This document shows positions 1 to 9,624 of a stretch of DNA of 64,000 nucleotides, piece after piece. Both the position numbers and the translations under genes were made by a program. Under the pieces are notes generated by a model that was not told where the DNA came from, did no database searches, and saw nothing but the letters and a program-made list of their open reading frames with translations. Location of the stretch: positions 2,927 through 66,926 of the forward strand of contig JAGGSB010000087.1 in the NCBI GenBank assembly GCA_021159305.1, given 5' to 3'. Position 1 is the stretch's first letter. Each line of letters begins with the position of its first letter. The DNA comes from Deltaproteobacteria bacterium. Its GTDB lineage: Bacteria > Campylobacterota_A > Desulfurellia > JAGGSF01.

Positions 1-341
1 TTATATAACTTTTCCGCTCCTCTCATTGAACCATTGCCACCAATTACAACCAATCCTTCTATGCCGTTTTTAGCTATTACATTTAAAGCCTTTTTAAAAA
101 CATGTTCTTCTTTAAATTGAGGATAGCGAGATGTCATTAAAAATGTCCCCCCTTTTTGAACCGCATCCTCAATAACCTCAAAATCTATCTTTTTACAATT
201 GCCATTGACCAAACCTTTATAGCCCTCAAGAATAGATACCACCTCTACATTGTTCATAAAAGCTTCTACTGCAACACCTTTTATTGCTGCATTCATCCCC
301 GAACAATCCCCTCCACTGGTCAAAACAGCTATTCTTTTCAT
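1..341 (-). CDS. pfkA: 6-phosphofructokinase, N-terminal part (gene runs off the window at position 1)
   Basis: Hand translation of the minus strand from the ATG at 341 gives MKRIAVLTSGGDCSGMNAAIKGVAVEAF...GIEGLVVIGGNGSMRGAEKLY. This is the textbook PFK N-terminus (LTSGGDxxGMNAAI). The GGDGS motif reads GGNGS here. The ORF is absent from the six-frame track because it has no in-window stop. Confidence 0.8.
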   Translation of the reverse strand, partial: MKRIAVLTSGGDCSGMNAAIKGVAVEAFMNNVEVVSILEGYKGLVNGNCKKIDFEVIEDAVQKGGTFLMTSRYPQFKEEHVFKKALNVIAKNGIEGLVVIGGNGSMRGAEKLY

Positions 342-349
342 CTTTCTCC

Positions 350-1336
350 TCACAAATTTAAATGTGGTTCAGCATCTATGCTATTATAATCAAAAGTAGC
401 CCGATCCTTATTTTTATATGCAACCATAGCGATCATAGCTCCATTGTCCATACATAGATTGGGAGAAGGGAAGTAAATTTCAATATTCTTTCTATCACAC
501 ATGTCATAAAGTACTTCCCTTAAGCGAGAGTTACAGGCAACGCCACCGCCTATTACCATTCTTCTTGCCCCTGTTATATCTGCCGCTTTAAAAAGCCTCT
601 TTACTATTACATCAACCACGGATTCCTGAAAAGAAGCAGCAATGTTTGCCGCATCGGTTTTTGACAATTTACCCAAGTTTTCAACACACTTTTTGACAGC
701 CGTTTTTACGCCACTGAAACTGAAATTCAATGTTTCTTTTTTCTCCAAAGCCCTGGGAATATTAAAGAATGTAGCACTTCCTGTTTTTGACAAGCTGTCA
801 ATAACTGGTCCACCTGGAAAGGAAAAGCCCAACAAACGCGAAACTTTATCAAATGCCTCTCCTGCCGCATCATCCAATGTTTTTCCCAAAAGGTTATAAT
901 TTTTCTCACCTGAAACCAAATAAAGATGTGTATGACCTCCGGAGACAACCAATACCAAAAATGGATATTCAACATTGTGCTCCAAAAATATGGCGTTGAT
1001 ATGCCCCTCTATATGGTTTACCGACACTATAGGAATGTCTCTTTCATAACAAAACGCTTTAGCAAAACAAACACCAACCAACAAAGAGGGCATAAGCCCC
1101 GGACCTACAGTAACCCCTACCATATCTATTTGAGAAACACCTGCCTCCGCCATCGCTTTCTCTACACAAAGAGAAATTGCCTCGGTATGCATACGAGCAG
1201 CCATTTCTGGGACTACTCCTCCAAATCGTGCATGCACTTCATTCTGGTCAATAATCACATTAGATTTCAATATTGTATCTTCCAACACAGCACAGGAGGT
1301 ATCATCACAGGAAGTATCTATACCTAAAATGTACAT
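350..1336 (-). CDS. tsaD: tRNA N6-adenosine threonylcarbamoyltransferase TsaD (Kae1/Gcp family)
   Basis: 328 aa. MYILGIDTSCDDTSCAV N-terminus and HxEGH metal-binding motif (VNHIEGHI) are typical of TsaD. Confidence 0.9.
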   Translation of the reverse strand: MYILGIDTSCDDTSCAVLEDTILKSNVIIDQNEVHARFGGVVPEMAARMHTEAISLCVEKAMAEAGVSQIDMVGVTVGPGLMPSLLVGVCFAKAFCYERDIPIVSVNHIEGHINAIFLEHNVEYPFLVLVVSGGHTHLYLVSGEKNYNLLGKTLDDAAGEAFDKVSRLLGFSFPGGPVIDSLSKTGSATFFNIPRALEKKETLNFSFSGVKTAVKKCVENLGKLSKTDAANIAASFQESVVDVIVKRLFKAADITGARRMVIGGGVACNSRLREVLYDMCDRKNIEIYFPSPNLCMDNGAMIAMVAYKNKDRATFDYNSIDAEPHLNL

Positions 1337-2196
1337 AAATTCCTCTTTATATCCACAATCCGAATATTACTTTCATTCAAAACGCCAATGGACTCTCTCA
1401 ACGCCTCATATGTTATTTTATTACAATGAGCAATGGCTATTATCCGACCCTTCTCTCTAGCAGTATATAACGCATTGTTCAATTGTTTTTTAATACAGGA
1501 AACGTCTTTTACATTATCTAAGAATACATCCCTCCTGGCAAAAGGAATGCCTTCGTCCTCTGCCTCTAAATAACCAATACTATAAGGTGTAGTCATACTG
1601 TCCACAAAGAATAGGGATTTTTGTTTTAAAAATCGCATCATTACATCCATCTTGTCCGCAGACTGACTAAACTGAGAACCTTCATGAACATTCAATCCCT
1701 CGGCAAAAGGTACATTTTTATATGCCTTCTCCAATCTTTTGGTAATTTCTTCCTCTGATGCATCAACAAACAATGCCCCCGGGCCTAAGCCGTGAAACGG
1801 ATGATGAATGGGTTCACAAGGCATATGCAACATCACTGTATAACCCATCTCATGAAGCTTGTTCGCAATTTTCCCCGTATGAGGAGCATAAGGAAGACAA
1901 GAAAAGGCAAGAGGAATGTTAAGTCGAGCAAACATCAACGCCAACCTTTCGTCGTATCCCACATCATCAATAATAATAGAAATTTTCCCCTTAAAGACTT
2001 TTTTCTCTACATTCGTTAATGCAATTTTCTTAGGTTCCAGTTTCTTGATCGTAGCTTTTTCTTTAGGTAACTTTGATAATTTAACCGTTGCCACTGGCAG
2101 TGATACCTGTTTTTTTCTGTGAACATAATTCCCCACAAAGTATACTACGGTACCTACGCAATAAAGATAAATAATAATTTGAAGGGCTCTTTTCAT
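1324..2196 (-). CDS. divergent polysaccharide deacetylase family protein (YibQ-like), with N-terminal TM anchor
   Basis: 290 aa. N-terminal hydrophobic helix, then ISIIIDDVGYD...LPYAPH, typical of the YibQ/Polysacc_deac_2 family. In E. coli yibQ follows envC, which is consistent with the EnvC-like gene two ORFs upstream. Confidence 0.6.
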   Translation of the reverse strand: MKRALQIIIYLYCVGTVVYFVGNYVHRKKQVSLPVATVKLSKLPKEKATIKKLEPKKIALTNVEKKVFKGKISIIIDDVGYDERLALMFARLNIPLAFSCLPYAPHTGKIANKLHEMGYTVMLHMPCEPIHHPFHGLGPGALFVDASEEEITKRLEKAYKNVPFAEGLNVHEGSQFSQSADKMDVMMRFLKQKSLFFVDSMTTPYSIGYLEAEDEGIPFARRDVFLDNVKDVSCIKKQLNNALYTAREKGRIIAIAHCNKITYEALRESIGVLNESNIRIVDIKRNLCTF

Positions 2197-2199
2197 TTC

Positions 2200-3441
2200 C
2201 TACTTGTGCTTTATAATTTCAATAGCCTTTAAGAGACCAATAGCTCTGGAAAGCTGATAATCCTCTACTTTTTTGGTTTTAGTTTCTGCCTTTCTTAAAG
2301 CTTCAAGATGGTGGGGTAGATTTTCTTCCCTTAATACTTTGTTTTCCTTTATCTCTAATTTGCCCTGCGGCACATATATATCAGGAGTAATACCTAAAGC
2401 CTGAATGCATCTTCCAGATGGCGTATAATATTCTGCCGTAGTAAGGCTAAGCGCAGAACCATCTCCCATTGGGAATATCGTCTGCACACTTCCCTTACCA
2501 AAACTCTTTGTTCCCATAATAATAGCTCTCTTGTGATCCTGAAGGCAACCGGCAAAAATCTCCGATGCACTGGCTGAACCACCATTTATCAAAATCACAA
2601 TCGGATAAGTAGGCTCATCTCCACTATTCTTAGCATAATACATCTTGTCTTGCGTTTTCACCCTCCCTTTAGTGGAAACAATCAAGCCATCTTTTATAAA
2701 CAGGTCTGCGTTTCCAATCGCCTCCTTTAGAAGTCCCCCTGGATCGTTTCTCAAATCAATAACTAACCCATTTATCTTTCCAGAAAATTTTTTCAAAACC
2801 TTTTTCGTTTCCTTTGCTGTTCCATCCTGAAACTGTAATATATGAATATAACCAATTTTAGGAGAAATCATCTCATACTTTACACTCTTTATATGAATTA
2901 TATCCCTCACAATGACAATATCTATGGGCTTCTTAATCCCTTCCCTGGACACCGTTATTTTAACCTTTGTCTGGGGTTTTCCTCTTAAAATCTTTACCAC
3001 TTCCTTCAATGACATACCCAGGGTACTCTTGCCATCTATACGCATAATTATATCGCCTGCTTTCACCCCCGCTCTATAAGCAGGCGTATCTTCTATGGGA
3101 GAAATTACTGTGAGCAATTTATCCTTAATTGTTATCTCTATTCCTACACCACCAAATTTTCCCTTCGTTAAAACCTCTAATTCTTTAAATTCGTCCTCAT
3201 TCATATAGGAAGAGTGAGGATCTAAAGAACTCACCATTCCTTTGATAGCTGAGCCTATAAGTTCTTTATCGTTCACATCTTTAACATACTGTTTCTCTAC
3301 AGTCGCAAGCACATCAGAAAAAGTTTTCAGCTTGGCATATTTCCCTTTATTTTCTACACGAGCTGAAATAGAAACAACACTCAAAGCAAATAATACAACA
3401 ATAAAAACAAAGATTAAAAAACCAGTGTTTTTTCTTTTCAT
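2200..3441 (-). CDS. carboxyl-terminal processing protease (S41 family, Ctp/Prc) with PDZ domain
   Basis: 413 aa. Signal/TM N-terminus, PDZ region (GDIIMRIDGKST), S41 catalytic region (ILINGGSASASEIFAGCLQDHKRAIIMGTKSFGKG). Located after ftsEX-envC, as in Bacillus ftsEX-ctpB. Confidence 0.85.
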   Translation of the reverse strand: MKRKNTGFLIFVFIVVLFALSVVSISARVENKGKYAKLKTFSDVLATVEKQYVKDVNDKELIGSAIKGMVSSLDPHSSYMNEDEFKELEVLTKGKFGGVGIEITIKDKLLTVISPIEDTPAYRAGVKAGDIIMRIDGKSTLGMSLKEVVKILRGKPQTKVKITVSREGIKKPIDIVIVRDIIHIKSVKYEMISPKIGYIHILQFQDGTAKETKKVLKKFSGKINGLVIDLRNDPGGLLKEAIGNADLFIKDGLIVSTKGRVKTQDKMYYAKNSGDEPTYPIVILINGGSASASEIFAGCLQDHKRAIIMGTKSFGKGSVQTIFPMGDGSALSLTTAEYYTPSGRCIQALGITPDIYVPQGKLEIKENKVLREENLPHHLEALRKAETKTKKVEDYQLSRAIGLLKAIEIIKHK

Positions 3442-4595
3442 CTTTTTCTCCTTATATTTTTACAATTCAACCAATTCAAAGGATTCAATGCTAATATTCG
3501 TTTTCTTAACTCAAAATGCAAACATTCTGTCACTTTCCCCAACTGTCTGCCTGCAACTACAGTATCATGTTCTCTTACATCTACGGTATCCATCCCCGCA
3601 TAGATAGTATAATATTTATTCAAATGATTCAATATAATTGTTCCACCATACCCTGGTACATCGCCCACATAGTCCACACATCCCGAATAAACTGCATAAA
3701 CACTCTCTTTTTTATCTACACTAATATCTATCCCGTTATTCTTAGTGTAAATCCCTATTACTTTATCATATTTCTTTCCGAATTCGCCAATTATTGTACC
3801 TCTTCTCACTGGAAATATCAATTTCCTCTTAAGTAAATAAAAGGGTTTTCTTGCTGCTTCTTTTTTATATGTATACTTCTTCTTCAATTTCTCTTTAACA
3901 ATTTTTACCAACAATGCCTCTAAATATCTTCTTCTCTTTTTCAATTTGTAAACTTGAGATACATACATCCTTTTGCTATGTTTAAGTGATGCTAATAGAT
4001 AACCTTTTTTCTTTTTCTCTTGAATCAACGCTTTTTCCTGCCCATTTATATGAGATATTGCTTTTTTCTTCCTAAAAACAAGTATTCTTAACCAGTTCTC
4101 ATCTTTTTGCAGTCTTTCCAGTTTACCTGTATATTTCAAGATGCTTTCTTTAAAAACATCGGCAGTTTTCCCTAACATACACATTGTCCAGGAGGGAGAT
4201 ATATCTCTGCAAGAAGGAACATACTGCTCTTTCCTGAAAGATGTGACGAGAAAAGTCTTAAAATGAGCGTTTAAAAGCTCCCGGTTGTCTCCTATCTCTC
4301 TTTTTAAATATCCTATATTACCTTGTAACAGCGCAATGTGCTTTTCAATTTTTCTTACTTCTGTTTTCCCCTGCCTGATCTTTCCGTGAAGTTTTCCTAT
4401 TCGCTTGTCAATAGATATAATTTCTTTCTTTGTCTTAAAATATTTCTCTCTAATTATACTAAGTTTCTTTGTTTTCTTCTTTATTTTCCCCTTCACTTCT
4501 TTTAATTCTGTATGAATATGCGTGGTTTTATCTGCACAAAACACATTTGTAGAAAAGAAAAATAGCAAGAGAATCAGAAAACTAAAGCTTTTCAT
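3438..4595 (-). CDS. envC: murein hydrolase activator EnvC-like protein (coiled-coil plus C-terminal M23/LytM domain)
   Basis: 385 aa. Signal peptide, long K/E-rich coiled-coil, C-terminal LytM-like domain (GIDISVDKKESVYAVYSGCV...GGTIILNH). Follows ftsE-ftsX. Confidence 0.7.
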   Translation of the reverse strand: MKSFSFLILLLFFFSTNVFCADKTTHIHTELKEVKGKIKKKTKKLSIIREKYFKTKKEIISIDKRIGKLHGKIRQGKTEVRKIEKHIALLQGNIGYLKREIGDNRELLNAHFKTFLVTSFRKEQYVPSCRDISPSWTMCMLGKTADVFKESILKYTGKLERLQKDENWLRILVFRKKKAISHINGQEKALIQEKKKKGYLLASLKHSKRMYVSQVYKLKKRRRYLEALLVKIVKEKLKKKYTYKKEAARKPFYLLKRKLIFPVRRGTIIGEFGKKYDKVIGIYTKNNGIDISVDKKESVYAVYSGCVDYVGDVPGYGGTIILNHLNKYYTIYAGMDTVDVREHDTVVAGRQLGKVTECLHFELRKRILALNPLNWLNCKNIRRKR

Positions 4596-5448
4596 TCCTT
4601 ACAGCGAAAAGCGTACATAAAAACAAAACGAATACATTAAACAAAACTGCTATCAAAGAAAATCCACAGGCGGATAGAAAATCAGAGTTGCCCAAAAACG
4701 CTAAATTCTGTATAAAGTCCCTTATAAAAACAACAACCCCAAGGGATATAATTGTAGCCAGGATTATCCCTGCAAAGCTTACAAGAAACAATCCACTCAT
4801 TAAAAGTAGTTTTACTTTCTCTAAACTACATCCTAAAAGTTTTAATGTTAATACATCTTCTCTTAAATCGAGATAAAACAGCCTGCCCGTTAATAAAAAA
4901 ATGGCGATTTCTATTATAATAAAACCACATAAAAACAGAAGAGAAAAGGATAGAAAATGCTTGTAAGAATGCTCGTAGGACATAATAAGTCGCGACGGGA
5001 GGAGAACATCCTCCACACTTGAATATTGAAGCAGCTCATTCTTTATACTGTTCATCTCTTTTTCTTTTAAGAAACGAGGTTTTACAAAAATATCTGCAGA
5101 GTACGGGAGGGGATTGGAAAAATGCCTGGGTAATTTCACTCCCATATTCTTTTCCACCATATTCAAAGCCTGTTTTGAAGAAATGAGATGTAATGATTTT
5201 ATCCATTCTTTACTTTTTACACGCATACAAACATCATCTACCTTCTTAGATGGGGTATTTTCATGAAACACGATATACATATGAGCACGAGATTTAACTA
5301 CATTAAACCGACAATTGATAAGCAAAAAAACCAAAACAAGCAAAACAAGCACCAAGGTAAGGAGAAAGGATGTAAAAAAACATGTTCCGCTTAGTGTTTT
5401 ATTTTTACCGAGGATCTTGATTATATATCCCATATAATTTACCACCAT
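4582..5448 (-). CDS. ftsX: cell division ABC transporter permease FtsX
   Basis: 288 aa. Four predicted TM helices with a large periplasmic loop. Immediately downstream of, and overlapping, the FtsE ATPase gene. Confidence 0.7.
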   Translation of the reverse strand: MVVNYMGYIIKILGKNKTLSGTCFFTSFLLTLVLVLLVLVFLLINCRFNVVKSRAHMYIVFHENTPSKKVDDVCMRVKSKEWIKSLHLISSKQALNMVEKNMGVKLPRHFSNPLPYSADIFVKPRFLKEKEMNSIKNELLQYSSVEDVLLPSRLIMSYEHSYKHFLSFSLLFLCGFIIIEIAIFLLTGRLFYLDLREDVLTLKLLGCSLEKVKLLLMSGLFLVSFAGIILATIISLGVVVFIRDFIQNLAFLGNSDFLSACGFSLIAVLFNVFVLFLCTLFAVRNEKL

Positions 5449-6091
5449 TCAACACAAAGCTCTTTCCTTCCAATGAAGAAAGCTCTTTGCTAGAAAATAG
5501 AAGAATGCCCTTATCCTTACAAAAGTCCCCTTTTATTATATCTATCACCTTTTCAACAGAAGAAGGGGAAAGACACCTAAATGGCTCATCAGCTAAAATA
5601 ATGGGGGCATCAAGAGAAAAGATCATAGCCAAAGAAAGCCTTGCTTTTTCTCCGGGAGAAAGAAATATAACCTTTTTTTTAAAGACATCTCTCAAATCTA
5701 ATTGAGACAAAAACCGCTCTATCAAAGGCATAAATGCCGTCTTTTTTCTACCCCTCATCTTATTGATAAATAGAAGATTATCTAAGACATTCATATACTC
5801 AAACAAGCGAAAATTCTCAAAAAAAACGCTCATATATTGTCTCAGCAATAAGATATGCTCATACTTTTTCAACTCGGATGTATCCGCCCCCATTATGTTC
5901 ACCCTACCTCTTTCAGGGTAAATACTACATAAAATAATCTTAAGTAATGTGCTTTTTCCAGAACCTTCATCTCCTATAATCTTTATTACATCGCCTTTTT
6001 TTAAGTATAAATTTACACCTTGCAGGACCCAGTTGACCCTATCGTATGTTTTATATATGTCTTTCAAAAGAACTAATTCTTCTTCAACCAT
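5405..6091 (-). CDS. ftsE: cell division ABC transporter ATP-binding protein FtsE
   Basis: 228 aa. Walker A GDEGSGKST, ABC signature LSPGEKARLSLA, Walker B ILADEP. Confidence 0.75.
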   Translation of the reverse strand: MVEEELVLLKDIYKTYDRVNWVLQGVNLYLKKGDVIKIIGDEGSGKSTLLKIILCSIYPERGRVNIMGADTSELKKYEHILLLRQYMSVFFENFRLFEYMNVLDNLLFINKMRGRKKTAFMPLIERFLSQLDLRDVFKKKVIFLSPGEKARLSLAMIFSLDAPIILADEPFRCLSPSSVEKVIDIIKGDFCKDKGILLFSSKELSSLEGKSFVLNGGKLYGIYNQDPR

Positions 6092-6996
6092 TCTCTCACT
6101 GTATTGCTAATACCGACTGCATTAAACCCAAATTTACACAGAAGGTCATCACAACTACCCGATTCACCAAAAACATCGGGCATTCCTATACGCTTTAGTT
6201 TAACAGGATAATGTTCGCTCAAAAATTCTGCCACCGCACTACCCAAACCCCCAAAGATTGTATGTTCCTCTATGGTTACCATTTTTTTCGTTGATTTAGC
6301 AAAATCATAAAGCATCTCTTCATCAATAGGTTTCACCGTAGCCATATCTATTACAGATGCATCTATTCCCTCTTCCTCCAGCAATTTGGCCGCTTCCAAT
6401 GCATACCATACCAGAAATCCACAAGCAACCAATGTTACATCCCGTCCTGTCTTAAGCACCTTCCCTCTACCAAAAACAAAATCGCCTTTCGTAAAAACAG
6501 GAGATTTAGCCCGAGATGTTCTAATATAAACCGGTCCATCATTTTTAATGGTAGATAAAACAGCAGTGTAGGTCTCATTATAATCCGCCGGAACAACAAG
6601 CTTCATATTGGGAAGAGTTCTCATTAAAGAAATATCCAATACTGCCTGATGACTACCTCCATCCTCACCCAGATTTATCCCTCCATGAGAACCGCACAAA
6701 ACCACAGGCAATCTTTGGTATGTAATAGATTGCCTCACTGATTCAAATGCCCTTCCCGTAACAAATACGGCAAAAGAGGAAGCATAGGGTCTCTTGCCAC
6801 ATAAAGCCAATCCCGCTGATGTATCTACCATATTTGCCTCTGCAATACCCATATCAAAAAATCTCTCCGGAAAAGCTTCTTTAAACTTAGCGCTCTTTGT
6901 TGAACCTGCTAAATCTGCATCCAACGCCACTACATCTTTATCTTTTCTCCCCAATTCAAGCAATGCATCTCCATAAGCATCCCTAGTCGCCTTCAT
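6073..6996 (-). CDS. transketolase, C-terminal (pyrimidine-binding) subunit
   Basis: 307 aa. DMGIAEANMV...GSHGG motifs of the transketolase/DXS Pyr and C-terminal domains. Pairs with the adjacent N-terminal subunit gene to form a split transketolase. Confidence 0.85.
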   Translation of the reverse strand: MKATRDAYGDALLELGRKDKDVVALDADLAGSTKSAKFKEAFPERFFDMGIAEANMVDTSAGLALCGKRPYASSFAVFVTGRAFESVRQSITYQRLPVVLCGSHGGINLGEDGGSHQAVLDISLMRTLPNMKLVVPADYNETYTAVLSTIKNDGPVYIRTSRAKSPVFTKGDFVFGRGKVLKTGRDVTLVACGFLVWYALEAAKLLEEEGIDASVIDMATVKPIDEEMLYDFAKSTKKMVTIEEHTIFGGLGSAVAEFLSEHYPVKLKRIGMPDVFGESGSCDDLLCKFGFNAVGISNTVREWLKKN

Positions 6997-7795
6997 CTAT
7001 TTCCTCCAATGCCTTTTTCAATTCTTCATCTGTTGGAGCTACACCATGATACTCCACTTTATCTTCCATAAATGAAACCCCTTTACCTTTTATAGTATGG
7101 GCAATAATTACAGTGGGTGATCCCTTATTGTTTTTCGCCTCTTCAAATGCACTTATCAATTCAGAAAATTTGTGCCCATCAACAGATTTTGTATAAAGGC
7201 CAAAGGCCTTAAATTTCTCCTCCAGAGGATAGATGTTCATCACATCCCTGCATCTTCCATCTATCTGTAAAGTATTGTTATCTATAACTACACATAGATT
7301 ATCCAATTTATAATGGGAAGCGGACATAAAAGCCTCCCAAACCAGCCCTTCATCCATCTCTCCGTCACCCATCAAACAATAAACACGAAATGGATTTTTG
7401 TCCAATTTCCCGGCTAAAGCCATTCCACAAGCCTGGGGTAAACCATGAGCCAACGAACCGGTAGAAGCTTCTACCCCCGGCAAATATTTAGAATCTGGAT
7501 GTCCTTGTAAGGGACTACCCAATTTTCTCAATGTCCACAACATATCACGGGCGAAAACACCGGCCTTACTCAATACAGCGTACAAAGCAGGCGCAGCATG
7601 TCCTTTAGATAAAACAAACCTATCCCTGTTTTCATCAGATGGTTTTTTCGCGTCATAACTCATAACCTTGAAATAAAGACTAACCAATATCTCCACACAA
7701 GACAATGAACCTCCCACATGCCCCGATCCTGCTATATTGAGCATCAAAAGAATGTCCTTTCTGATCTCCTTAGCTATCTTTTCCAAGTCTTCCAT
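6983..7795 (-). CDS. transketolase, N-terminal (TPP-binding) subunit
   Basis: 270 aa. GSGHVGGSLSCVEIL and GDGEMDEG TPP-binding motifs. Confidence 0.85.
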   Translation of the reverse strand: MEDLEKIAKEIRKDILLMLNIAGSGHVGGSLSCVEILVSLYFKVMSYDAKKPSDENRDRFVLSKGHAAPALYAVLSKAGVFARDMLWTLRKLGSPLQGHPDSKYLPGVEASTGSLAHGLPQACGMALAGKLDKNPFRVYCLMGDGEMDEGLVWEAFMSASHYKLDNLCVVIDNNTLQIDGRCRDVMNIYPLEEKFKAFGLYTKSVDGHKFSELISAFEEAKNNKGSPTVIIAHTIKGKGVSFMEDKVEYHGVAPTDEELKKALEEIDEGD

Positions 7796-8753
7796 CTTTT
7801 CTCCTATAAATAAATTCTAACATATTTTGAATGGTAAAATCTTGTGGATAAACTACTTTTCCCCAATCCTTTAAAACCTTTGCCGTCACCGGCCCTATCG
7901 CTACAAACAAGCCTACATTTTTACTCCAATCTTTCCACATATCACCAAACAACTCAATTGTATGCTGAACCGTAGAAGGACTGGTAAACATAGCATAATC
8001 GATATAACTTACATTCTTTGCCCTCTTAACAAAAGCATAGCATAAAGGGGGAATAATGTTTCTATACAGAGAAAGTACCTTTATTTCCGCCCCCCTCTTC
8101 TTCAATTCCCGTTCTAAAACACCTCTCGTTTTCTCTGCCTGGGCAAGAAGTACCCTTCTGCCCCTTATATCCGACTCGGCTAAAGCCTCAACCAATTTTT
8201 CGCCTTTAAAGGTTTTAGGAACAACGGCCGCTCGTACTCCAAAATTATTTAAGACTTCCTCTGTTTTTTTGCCCACACAAGCAATTTTTATAGCATCCAA
8301 TTTTTTTATATCATCATTTAAAAATCTGAAAAAATAATTCACTCCCACTTTACTGGTAAAGATAATCCAGTCTACATCAGGAATTTTAACCTCTTTAACA
8401 AGAGGTTTAAACGATATAGAGGGAAAGGGGTAAACGCAATTTCCATCATGCTCCAGCTCAACCGTAACATTTATCAAATCATATTTTGACATAGAGAGAA
8501 AGACATGCTTCTTATCCAATGTATTTTCTTCTTTGTTTGTTTTGCTGTTCATAAGGATCAATCCTTCTTTCTTTTCCGCCTCAGAGGCATCCTTAAAAAA
8601 CACAACCTCTGTCTCCTCCCTGCAAAAGAGAAGCATGTTAGGCGAAAGGCCATCCTGAATGAAAATGCGTTTTGCAATTTCTAAAGACTTCCTTAGTTTT
8701 TCTGGAACAAGATATAAAGGCAAAGAATTTAGCACAAAAACTTCTCTATCCAT
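7770..8753 (-). CDS. hemD: uroporphyrinogen-III synthase (HemD-like) with N-terminal extension
   Basis: 327 aa. The C-terminal ~240 aa resemble the two-lobed HemD fold (IIFTSKVGVNYF...AIGPVTAKVL). Position downstream of hemA-hemC supports the call. The N-terminal ~90 aa are unassigned and the start is uncertain. Confidence 0.55.
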   Translation of the reverse strand: MDREVFVLNSLPLYLVPEKLRKSLEIAKRIFIQDGLSPNMLLFCREETEVVFFKDASEAEKKEGLILMNSKTNKEENTLDKKHVFLSMSKYDLINVTVELEHDGNCVYPFPSISFKPLVKEVKIPDVDWIIFTSKVGVNYFFRFLNDDIKKLDAIKIACVGKKTEEVLNNFGVRAAVVPKTFKGEKLVEALAESDIRGRRVLLAQAEKTRGVLERELKKRGAEIKVLSLYRNIIPPLCYAFVKRAKNVSYIDYAMFTSPSTVQHTIELFGDMWKDWSKNVGLFVAIGPVTAKVLKDWGKVVYPQDFTIQNMLEFIYRRKDGRLGKDS

Positions 8754-9624
8754 CTTTTATCAATTTATTCATCTTCTTTGCACACCTTTCCGGAAGCTCC
8801 TTCATACAAGAACTTTCTTCTACAAAGTTAAACATCTTCCATTCTTTGTCTTCTTTTACAGCATACATCACAGATAAAGTCGCCCCGTCTCCTTTTGATG
8901 CAACATAAGCACCTATAGGATCATTGCATCCTGCTCCCATTAGGCGTATAAACTCTCTTTCCGCACTGATACATTCAAATGTCTCCTTATCGTTTATAGA
9001 ATACACAATACCCTTTACATTCGAGGTATCCATTGTTTCTATTCCTATTATCCCTTGTCCGCAAGCGGGGACAATAGGCAATGTCTCCATGTTTATATTC
9101 AAGTTAAGCCTCTTCATGGCTGCTTTTGCCAAAACAAGTGCTTCATATTCACCTTTAAATAGTTTTTTTATTCTCGTATCCACATTTCCTCTCAAGGCCT
9201 TAAAACAAAGATCTTTTCTTAAGGCTTTCAACTGAACTATCCTTCTTAGAGAAGATGTACCAATCACTGCTCCTCTTTTTAAATCTTTAAAATATCCATC
9301 TCTACACAAAATAACATCGGATGGCTCTCCTCTTTTTAAAGTAGCGGCAATAGTAAGATGAGGGAAAAGAATCGCAGGAACATCCTTCATACTATGCACA
9401 GCTATATCAATCTCCCCATTTAAAAGTTTTTCTTCCAATATTTTCACAAACAAACCTTTCCCTCCATACAAGGATAAAGACTTATCTAAAAACCTGTCTC
9501 CTTCTGTCTTTATAACCTTTATTTGTACTGAAAGATTTGGAAAGTTACCAAGAATTGCTTTTTTTACTGCATTTGCTTGCCAAAGAGCTAATTTGCTACC
9601 CCTTGTTCCCAAAGTAATTGTCAT
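8746..9624 (-). CDS. hemC: hydroxymethylbilane synthase (porphobilinogen deaminase)
   Basis: 292 aa. LGTRGSKLALWQA N-terminus and cofactor-binding Cys region (GAGCNDPIGAY). Confidence 0.9.
   Translation of the reverse strand: MTITLGTRGSKLALWQANAVKKAILGNFPNLSVQIKVIKTEGDRFLDKSLSLYGGKGLFVKILEEKLLNGEIDIAVHSMKDVPAILFPHLTIAATLKRGEPSDVILCRDGYFKDLKRGAVIGTSSLRRIVQLKALRKDLCFKALRGNVDTRIKKLFKGEYEALVLAKAAMKRLNLNINMETLPIVPACGQGIIGIETMDTSNVKGIVYSINDKETFECISAEREFIRLMGAGCNDPIGAYVASKGDGATLSVMYAVKEDKEWKMFNFVEESSCMKELPERCAKKMNKLIKDG

Noticed and set aside
5405-6091. FtsE Walker A (GDEGSGKST) initially looked degenerate
   Set aside because: It fits GxxGxGK[ST] exactly, and the ABC signature and Walker B are intact. 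There is no anomaly.
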